DNA from: Chara braunii | Lineage: Eukaryota; Plantae; Charophyceae | NCBI GenBank assembly: GCA_003427395.1 | Contig: BFEA01000028.1 | Location: 456,291 to 515,648, forward strand | DNA: 59,358 nucleotides | Direction: 5' to 3' | In this document: in pieces, positions 49,101-59,358 of the stretch | Layout: every line of letters begins with the position of its first letter | Position numbering within the stretch: the first letter of the stretch is position 1 | Position numbers and translations under genes: made by a program | The notes under the pieces: generated by a model | The model's input: the letters and a program-made list of their open reading frames with translations, nothing else | What the model was told of the DNA's origin: nothing | Database searches by the model: none

Positions 49101-50548
49101 TTCGTCAATCCTCTGCCCTTCCTCCTTTAATGCACTTACTTCTCACCTCATTCTCATACCACGGAAAACCCTTCTCCACCAATATTAACTGCCGCATCGT
49201 CTAGACAATAGGTTATGATAATAGATGCAGAGAAGTATATATGTTATAATCGTGGTTGCAGTTCGACAACCGCCACTCAACATGCCATGGAAAAATACGC
49301 AAAGCATGGAGTCGGAGTGAATAATCGTTCTCACCTTGATTCAAAAGAGAAACATGTTAACAACTTGGTGAACAATGCAATCGTGAATATCATGCGATGA
49401 TAAAAGAGGGTGTGATTAAAACAGTCGTCATAGGTAAAGCTATAACCGTTACACCCTTCCAGCCCGAATCGTGGTAATGTTCTTCCGGACAAAAGGACTT
49501 TTGTCGATCTGATGTACAAAAATATATATTTTTTCTTATCCTATTACCGTTAAGGTCAAGAAAAACAATCTCTGCCCGTTTCGGTTTGCAACTTTTTAGT
49601 CAAACAAGCCTACACCTACAAAAGCAAATTCAATGCTAAAGCTTCGGAACCCCGCAACAGCTATTGCAAATTATAACGAGAGGAATCAACTTGATGTACA
49701 TAAGGTCCCAGTCTGCAAACAGGCTAGAGCCCAAGCAGACATACTTACGTCAAACAACTCACTCGTTCGTCACAATCATGGATTGAATCCCGGTAGACCT
49801 ACACTACATTATTTGCCACACAATAAAAAAAATTGAAAGTTTGCCTAGCCCCCGCAACCTACTCGCAAAACCAACTAAACGAGCACACACAGTACTAAAC
49901 GGTCCTACTCTGGTCAAAGAGTGCTACCATCTTACAATTTAGTATTATCATGCAACTAAGTAACCCAATAGGTGCGGTCTGTTCAGAAATATGAGGGGTG
50001 GTCCAAGCAAAGCATACCTCCCCTCAGTAGTACAGATAATTTGCCACCCCCCCCCCTCCCCTCTTATGATGATGGTAAGTGACATGCACATGTTGTCCAC
50101 TCACTACCTTCCCAAATCAGTATCAGTGGTGCCAAAGAAATTGCGGTCCATCCTGCAAATACTATATTTGATAGACAGGGTGTGCACGGGTTTGAAACTT
50201 GCTCAAAGAAATTGGAATGACTTCTTAAAGAATGTTTCATCATCAACTCTTGTAATATTCGGCAAATGGCTCGAGATTGTCCATATACTAAACTAATAAT
50301 GATGTGGACATTATTGATATTTCTTAAATCTTTAAGAATGGTAAGATGCCCTGACAATTTTTATGATGCATGGCCCTTTTGTATCTATTTCTTTTCTAGA
50401 TGCACCTTGACAATAAGGCAAGGCACGACAATATTTTTTTTTTCTTCTGATTTTTATCTTATAATTATCAGTAAATAGGCCGGAGTTTTAAATATAAAAA
50501 ATGATGATAAGAAGTAACTTTTAAAATCATTTTTACATTAAAAAAAAN

Positions 50549-50585
<37 letters not shown>

Positions 50586-53500
50586 AACAATGATGAAAAA
50601 CAAAAACCATCAATTGATTTCCCTTCAAATGTCAACCAGACGTATATTCATTAAGGGACTTAACACTTTCAATTCGAGTCTTTGTCATGTGCACAGGCTA
50701 TGTCCCTAAGGATGAATAGGAGGTTACGGGGTCAAAATCATGCCTCGTTGTCATGCCAATACTCTCATATGGTTCCAATTTCAACAAATGTTTATAAGGA
50801 CATTAATATGTTGTGGGTACAAACCCTGCCACTCATAATCCTCTTCTACAGGGTTTACAACCTTTTAGATCCGTTTAAAAGATTCACCTCTATTGAACTT
50901 TAAATAAGGGGTCAGTGTCTCTACTCCTTTCGAACGAACGTCCAACTTGTGGGAACATGCACTCACTTCACATCATATGAATGTTGGTTCGAGCTTTACT
51001 ACATGGCACCTGCAAAAATATAAAATGGGTTGGGTCTCCCGAAAATTAACTTTTTTGAAGTTTTTTCTCATCTTTCTTTATATGTCACGTATTTGTCACC
51101 TTTAATATAACAAAAATCTTGATCATAGTGGTCAAAGGGTTCTTAAATATTTCAATTGTGACACACTTGTTAACTTTTATATGTGTCCCGTAACGTTGGG
51201 TCACTATTTGGAATTATTATGTATCCACTTTGGACAGGAAGCCCATGCATGTTTTGGTGGGTCCCTAGTGTTATGAAAGGATTAAACGATGGATTGAAGG
51301 TTCAATTTATGAAAAAAAAAAACATAGGATTATATGAAGTGACGAACTTAAAGTGATGTCCAATATGACCACTTTCCTTACCACATCATCCTTTAAGACA
51401 ATTATGGTTAGACAACTTAGATTAATGAAGTCGAGAGAGAAATCATTTTTCTTAGAGAAAAATTTATCTTCTTTTGTCTCTAGAATCGTAGAATATGACT
51501 TTTTATTTCTCTTACGTCTTCTTTGAATGGTTTGACATTTTTTTACTGATAGATAAATATTTTTTTTGTCAACGTCACTACCTTGGGTTATAGACAATAG
51601 TATCATTTTTCTATGTTCGTTTTGTCGTTGAATATGAAGTCTTCTACGTCCTTATAGTTTAACTTGAAGTACTCTTATTGATGTGGAGACAAAAAAGGTA
51701 ATGGTCAAAGATTTGAGACTTTTCAACAACATCATCTCTTATTACCAAAGGAGAAAGTATACAGCGTCTGCTACTTCATCGGACCAAAACATTTGGAGTT
51801 TTTTTTTATCCTTTGCTCCTTTTCCTGTGTAGAACCTACTTGTATCTCTTATTGTGACGATGGTGTCTGACCAATTGTTAAACCTTTCCCTATGTCCGGG
51901 AGCCTCGATATTGTTGCGATCACCAATGGATTCCAAACACATTGAGCCTTGATTTGGTAGCGATTGACCAGAACTGGAAATAAGCAATGGGGTTTGACTC
52001 TGGTGATATTCCCTTGTCTCTGTCATTGTTGCACTTCGATTTTTCACCTCCGATCTTTGTCCTTCTAATTATTGTTCGCATCATCTGCCTTCCCATCCTT
52101 TGTTGTGGTGTTTTTTTTTTTCAATTTTTTGTTCGCACTTATCGTTTGTTATGAAAATATCATATCTAAAGTTTTTGCACAGTGGGGGTGCAACACACAC
52201 TAAATTTATTGTTATTAACTCTAACTGTGAGATTTTGTGCGAGACATTCAATTTACTTTTGAACTTGAATTTTACCATAACTTTAAAGTCGAAACATATA
52301 TTTGCAAGTTTCGATCCCTTTTTTTTTTTCTTCAATATTTTGCATTTTTATGATATCTCTCATTAATCATTTAATTCCTTATCTCAAATTAAAATGCAAC
52401 GTTAAAGCACCTTAACCGAAACATATTGTACCCTATATTTTTTTTATTTTTTTAATCTCGTTTTGGGAAGTTCAACATCTAAAGACGAAAATTCACCTCG
52501 GATTTTTTTCTTTGAGATATATTGTGTAGAGGTATAAAAAACAAAAAAGTCACCCCTATGTTGTGATTGTGGTCTGCTAGACGATTCTATTGTACTTCTT
52601 TGAGTATAAAGTGAGTGAGGCATTTTTGGTACCCACGTGGAATCCGCCCTGCCTCACTGGTGGGGCACCAAAGGATCAAAAAAAAAAAAAACTCATGTTG
52701 TGATAACGTCTGTTATAGGACGCTACTGTTCTTTTGTGAGTATGAAGTGAGTGAGGCACTTTCAATACCCACGTGAAATCCGTCTTGCCAAAGAGGCCTA
52801 GCACGAAAAGCAAAGGAAAAAAAAAAAAAAAAAAAAAAAAAAAACTACGGCGCAGTCAGGGTTACAGTTTGTAATTGCATTTGAAACTGCGTTTTAGCAG
52901 TTTAGTCAGGGTACGAGTTTCAATTNNNNNNNNNNNNNNNNNNNNNNNNNNNNNNNNNNNNNNNNNNNNNNNNNNNNNNNNNNNNNNNNNNNNNNNNNNN
53001 NNNNNNNNNNNNNNNNNNNNNNNNNNNNNNNNNNNNNNNNNNNNNNNNNNNNNNNNNNNNNNNNNNNNNNNNNNNNNNNNNNNNNNNNNNNNNNNNNNNN
53101 NNNNNNNNNNNNNNNNNNNNNNNNNNNNNNNNNNNNNNNNNNNNNNNNNNNNNNNNNNNNNNNNNNNNNNNNNNNNNNNNNNNNNNNNNNNNNNNNNNNN
53201 NNNNNNNNNNNNNNNNNNNNNNNNNNNNNNNNNNNNNNNNNNNNNNNNNNNNNNNNNNNNNNNNNNNNNNNNNNNNNNNNNNNNNNNNNNNNNNNNNNNN
53301 NNNNNNNNNNNNNNNNNNNNNNNNNNNNNNNNNNNNNNNNNNNNNNNNNNNNNNNNNNNNNNNNNNNNNNNNNNNNNNNNNNNNNNNNNNNNNNNNNNNN
53401 NNNNNNNNNNNNNNNNNNNNNNNNNNNNNNNNNNNNNNNNNNNNNNNNNNNNNNNNNNNNNNNNNNNNNNNNNNNNNNNNNNNNNNNNNNNNNNNNNNNN

Positions 53501-53805
53501 NNNNNNNNNNNNNNNNNNNNNNNNNNNNNNNNNNNNNNNNNNNNNNNNNNNNNNNNNNNNNNNNNNNNNNNNNNNNNNNNNNNNNNNNNNNNNNNNNNNN
53601 NNNNNNNNNNNNNNNNNNNNNNNNNNNNNNNNNNNNNNNNNNNNNNNNNNNNNNNNNNNNNNNNNNNNNNNNNNNNNNNNNNNNNNNNNNNNNNNNNNNN
53701 NNNNNNNNNNNNNNNNNNNNNNNNNNNNNNNNNNNNNNNNNNNNNNNNNNNNNNNNNNNNNNNNNNNNNNNNNNNNNNNNNNNNNNNNNNNNNNNNNNNN
53801 NNNNN

Positions 53806-53837
<32 letters not shown>

Positions 53838-56058
53838 TCCGTGCCAAACCTCGTCCTGACCCTCAAAAAATGCGGTGTGACTTATATTCTCCTTTTTTCC
53901 AATATTAATGCAAAACGTTGTTGCTTCATCGTGCACTATTATTGAAGTAACCCTCTCCCTGAGCCATTCCTCTTTGATTACTTCGATTACGGTATCAATT
54001 GACAATTCTAATAAATTTACACCTTACTTCACCCTTCTATAACATGTGTCCTCTAGGAGGATATCGTTTGTGTAACATTCTTGCTTCCTAATCCTTGCCC
54101 TAAAACTAGTTTCATCTGTAAAGGAATCCGGATTTTTAAACAACTTCCGTTTTAATTTTATTTTATTTTTTAACAATTATTTCTTGAACGAAGTTGGAAC
54201 CTGCACTTTTGACTTTAAAAGTCGTACCGTTTAACTCTTGAGGGTCCGTTTGGGTTTGGTTGACGTCCAAATATATCCAGCTAGGGTCCGAAGTTTATAA
54301 ACGGTGACATTCTTGGGGGCAAATAAGGAGGTTTCAATTTCATTCATAAAAATATAGAATGTTTGTTTTAACAAAATATTTGTACGTTTATCACATATGT
54401 TTTCATCTCATTCTGATTCCATTTAAAAAACGCAGCTATCAAGTCAAAGAAGACAAAAATCCAAAAAGAGAGTTAACATTACATCATTTTTCTTTATTGG
54501 TATAACGTCCTTAACGATATTTGTTTATGATTAAATATGGTTGCACTATCTGCACACATTGTATGTTACTTTATCATGATAAGTTGTAAAAATCCTGATT
54601 ATTTCCGTTCACCTTACACTTAGCAAAGAACTTAAAATATCAGTCATCTAAGCATGGTGGACTTACACTATGCATCAAACTTTATCGAACCACTAGTGAT
54701 GCAATATTTTTACTTTTTGGCCAGTGCCGCCAACCAATGTTTTTTTTGTAGCCCCAAACCTCCGTAATTTTAGGCATGCCCCGCTCTTTTCAAATTATTT
54801 TGGAATATAAACTCACGGCTTAAGATGTCTGATGATTAGGAGGGTATAACAATGAGTTCCTCGACTTTGTCAATTCTGGTAATAATATGCATTGACAGGT
54901 TAGCGCTTCACAATTTTTCTTATCTTTCAGCACTTGCTTTTGTAGTTATTATGTTTTGACTCATTTAATTATCACAGAACTCTCTTGAATGACTGTAAGA
55001 TTCAGTTATACTTTTCATTTCAATTGATATCTATGCATTTAAACTTGTAGTCGGAAGAAAAATAGGTATTTGAAAGGTAAGTGGAGTGAGCTAAGAACTT
55101 TATGCCATACTTGCACTTTTTGGACATTGTCGGTGAATTTTGCTCCACTTCAGAACATTCTACATATATTAAGATAAGGCGACGTGCAAATATATTTTGA
55201 CTTATCAAACTGTTTATTGTTTTTACATACCTTTCAATTATATTTCAAACGGATTCACTTCATTATTTAAATAAAAAGTTTGTTGCAAATAGCAGGGATT
55301 GACATTACTAAAACACTAAACCTCATGTGATCGTGCACTCCTATTACAAATTTTTAAAAAACTAAGAAAAAAATAAATTCATTGAAAAATTCAAAATTCA
55401 TAAAACAATTAAAACAAAAAACAATCTCGAATTACTATAAACAAAAATTTATGAATCAAACAAATTTTAATTCAAATAGTCCACCAAGGAAAACACATAT
55501 AATTTCAAACGAACCAAAAGTTATATTTATGAAAAATATATATATTTAAATAAATAAATATAAATAATGTAAGTTCAAACACGGCAATCCCCGCAAATAA
55601 TACAGTATCTCGTTCATCCTTGTGGAAAATAATAGCAATTGCAAGACTCACTTTCTTTCAAAATAAGGAGGTAGCCAGCTACATACAACCGAAAAAATAA
55701 CAAGGTCGGCCAAAACTTCCAACAATGTTTTCAATAAAGTAATAAGTTTTTATAGGACCACGCCTGTCTCAGCACATTGAAACTGCGGACCAAATATCTT
55801 AGCGTGCTTCTTTTGAACTTAGTGCATAGTTAAGCGCTAAGATCAATGCACAATATTTCTTCATTAAGTAAACCATCGGCCATAATGATGATCAATTGTC
55901 CACGAAAGAGCCATAATTAGGATTTTGCATATTCTCTGATTGTGGAATTTTAATATGTCAGCCCAACCCATGGGGACTATTCCACGTAACGGTTTTGTCG
56001 TGGGTGTAAAGTCTCCTCTCATACTAACTTGTTGCAAAATAAAAAATCGAAAAAAAAT

Positions 56059-56154
56059 CTAGGTTGTTTTATCGGACGTCCGGGACCCCCCTGACCGTCC
56101 GGAACGTCTGGTCGGACGTCCGACCGGACAGGGGATGTCTGACCTAGCACAAAA

Positions 56155-56203
<49 letters not shown>

Positions 56204-56955
56204 TCTAGGTTGTTGGATCGGACGTCCGGGACCCCCCTGACCGTCCGGGATGTCCGACTGGACGTCTGGTCGGACATCCGACTGGACAGGGGTTGTCCGA
56301 CCTAGCGCAAAAAAAAAAAAACAAATAAACAAATTTCTCAGAAAAATCTGAAAATAATATATGTTATGTAACAGAACAATACAAGCAACGTTTGACTTGG
56401 AGTCATGTTCAAATTCGCGGTCGATCATGAGTTAAAAATCAAAAACCGAAAAACATATATATATGTTTTTTTTACGAAAAAAAAACTTTTTTTTCCTGGA
56501 CGACGGGGGTACCGGTCATATGGGGGAGACGTCCGGGGGAGACGACCGGCCCCTGGACCATTGGTAACCTAGAAAAGAAATTGAAAACAATCATGTGGCT
56601 TCTGCCTTGCATAAGGTGTATGCCACCAAAATTTTGGCTTATTTGAGCCAGTAGAAAAAAAGATAAAAATCTTTAAAGATTCTAATCCCCACCTATACCC
56701 CTCCTATCCCCACCAAAACCCCTCTACCCCCCCCTCCCACCCAAAATAGCACCCTATCACCAAATGCTCAGAAAATTCTGAATTTTTTAATGGGTGGTCT
56801 CTATGGCATGCGCAAAACTGTCATTTTTTTTTTTTTTTTTTTTTTTTTTTGTAGTGCCAAAAGGTCGTCGTCCGGAAATCCGGACGACGGGGGTACCCTA
56901 CATCCGGGGAGACGTCCGGGGGAGACGTCCAATCTCCGGACTATTGGTAACATAG
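56059..56955. repeat. GGACGTCC/TCCGG-rich repeat modules bounded by CTAGG/CCTAG; probable DNA-transposon end
   Basis: ctaggttgt..atcggacgtccgggacccccctgaccgtccgg..gacctag x2, and ggacgacgggggtacc..ggggagacgtcc..attggtaac x2. Confidence 0.5.
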
Positions 56956-57399
56956 AAAAAAATAAAATAAAAAACCATAAAATAGCAAGGTGAAATTGTA
57001 CTTTCATAAAATTTCACCAACATTCCGGTTTCTTGGATTTTAACCGCTGGCCAAAACAATTATCTCTAGGAACCCAACAAACATCAAACTTGGCACACAC
57101 ATTTCTTGAAAAAATATTAAACAAGGCAAGAATAAATAAAAAATTTGAAATCCCCAAAGACATTTCTCAGTGTTGAGGGGGTTAACTTGAGGCTGAAAAG
57201 TGAGGTTGCATGTTCACCGCTTGTGGCGTAAAATAAAAATCACTTATAGTCCACTTTTTTCACATAGAGAGCAAAACAACAATCCTCCAAATTAAAACAC
57301 CACCATAGCAGCACCTACTCAAGGGAAAGGCCGAAAGAACAAAAAACATAATAAGAAACACAAAAAGACTCAAAATCTCTAATACCCTAAAAGAAAAGG

Positions 57400-57862
57400 C
57401 GAGTCTCGCGTGACGGGCCCACGCGAGACACCGTTCCCGGTGCAAAGGGAAACCGCAGGAGGGAGGGAACAGGGCAGCGGAACCGGCGTGGGGACGAGGC
57501 CGAGGCGGGGGCCAGTGGAACCGGCGGAGGGGCGAACAACAAAAGTGCACGCGAAACTGCGCGGGCCCACGGGCAAAACCGGCAGCAGGGGGGGGGCGAG
57601 GTCGGATTGCGACGCGCGGGGACGAACGGGCAAAACCGCCAGCAAGGGGGGGGCGGGGTCGGACCGCCCACTGTGAAAGTGCACGTCAAACAATATGCGC
57701 GCGCGTGCAAAAGCGCTAGCAGGGGGGGGGCAGGGTCAGAGGGCGACGCGCGGGGTGGGTCAGAGGCCGACGTGCACGGGCAAGGCAAAAGTGCGAGGAG
57801 GGGGAAGATACGCATCGCCGAACAGGTAAGTCTCCAACCCCTGGGCTGGCCTCGGACTTATC

Positions 57863-57920
<58 letters not shown>

Positions 57921-57968
57921 NNNNNNNNNNNNNNNNNNNNNNNNNNNNNNNNNNNNNNNNNNNNNNNN

Positions 57969-58061
<93 letters not shown>

Positions 58062-58210
58062 ACAATTCATTCCGATTTTGCTATCCTATCGATGGAAGTA
58101 GCATGACGCGAGTCACGAGGTTGGAGATTTATCGGCTCTATCTCTCTCTCTCTATCTATCTATCTATCTCTCTATCTATCTATCTATCTCTCTATCTCTC
58201 TATCTATCTA

Positions 58211-58277
<67 letters not shown>

Positions 58278-59129
58278 GAAAAAGTGGCAATGTATATTTC
58301 CACGTTTCCGTGGATATTCATTTCGATTTTGCTCATGCTATCGATGGAATGTGTGTGCGTGTGTGTGTGTGTGCGTGTGTGTTTGTGTGTGTGTTTGTGT
58401 GTGCCAACAGCTAAGTCTCCGACCCAGCGGCTCGCCGCATGCTACTTGCATCGATAGAATGAGCAAAAGCGAAAGATTCATTGCACGGGTGAGGGAGGAA
58501 GGGAGCGGGACTCGGCATCGGGACTAACGAAAGGAGTCAGTGTTGGAGGGAATGGGATCGGGAAATGGAATCGGGGCGCAGGGTGTTGGACGGAATGGGA
58601 TCGGGAAATGGAATCGGGGCGCAGGGGCGGGGGAGGAAATGGCAGTCCGGATTGGTTAGGAGGGGGGAGGAGATCGGGATCGCGCACGGATGGGGGAGGA
58701 GGGGAGAGGGAGTCGGGGTTGGTTGGGAGGCGGGACGAAATCGGGATCGCCCACATGGAGGGGGATGGCACTAACGGGGGGGTCGAGATTGGAGAGAGGG
58801 GACGGATGGCGGATCGGGAAATGGAATCCGGGCGCACGGGTGGGGAAGGAAATAGGAGTCGGGATTGGTTGAGAGGCGAGAGCAAATCGGGATCGCGCAC
58901 GGGTGAGGGAGGAAATGGGAGTCGGGATTGGTTGGGAGGGGGGAAGGAAATACTAAAGATTGGTTGGGGGGGAAGTGGGACTCGCCAGCCATGCACGCAG
59001 AGATATGGAGCGAGGCGACTTCGAATACGCACTGCTTTCCGGCTATGCTACTTCCATCGATAGGATGAGCGAAATCGAAATCGATCTTCTGCTCAAACAT
59101 CGAAATATACACACACATATACGCACACG

Positions 59130-59212
<83 letters not shown>

Positions 59213-59358
59213 GAATGATTCATTCCAGTTTTGCGCAAAAAGTGGCAGTGTATATTTCCATGTTTCAGCGGGAGCTTCGTTCCATGTTTCTCTTCATCCC
59301 TGCGATCGAATCTGTGTGTGTGTATGTTTGCATGTCTGTCACGACACACACACACACA
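57400..59358. repeat. Complex repeat: GC-rich minisatellites, (CA)n and inverted ~35-bp modules
   Basis: gctactt.catcgatag.atgagc.aaa.cgaaa at ~58441 and ~59048, with reverse complements at ~58072 and ~58321. Repeated gggaaatggaatcggggcgca units. Confidence 0.6.

Overview
Repeat-dense eukaryotic nuclear DNA with many N gaps and long (GA)n, (CA)n and poly(A/T) tracts. It comes from the green lineage, most plausibly a charophyte such as Chara; this is inferred from plant-type mitochondrial fragments, plant-type U2/U6 and the TE spectrum. Only one clearly intact host-type gene is visible: an intronless thymidylate kinase (~21.9-22.7 kb). The rest is nested, decayed mobile DNA: a PIF/Harbinger transposase split by a MITE, Helitron pieces, three Penelope-like elements (one ordered Zn-knuckle > GIY-YIG > RT), Ty3/gypsy pol fragments, several L1/Tx1-type LINE 3' ends and at least four MITE families with readable TSDs. 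There are also scrambled mitochondrial insertions (atp6, SSU rRNA, nad4, trnY, nad4L) and U6 (x3) and U2 (x1) snRNA fragments. Most notable: (i) a covarying multi-hairpin RNA structure at the LINE 3' ends, (ii) three U6 copies all broken near the ACAGAGA box, (iii) a Tc1/mariner-type MITE inserted twice at CAAACCC-TA in opposite orientations, and (iv) a tandem array of long near-perfect hairpins. Boundaries of decayed elements are approximate.
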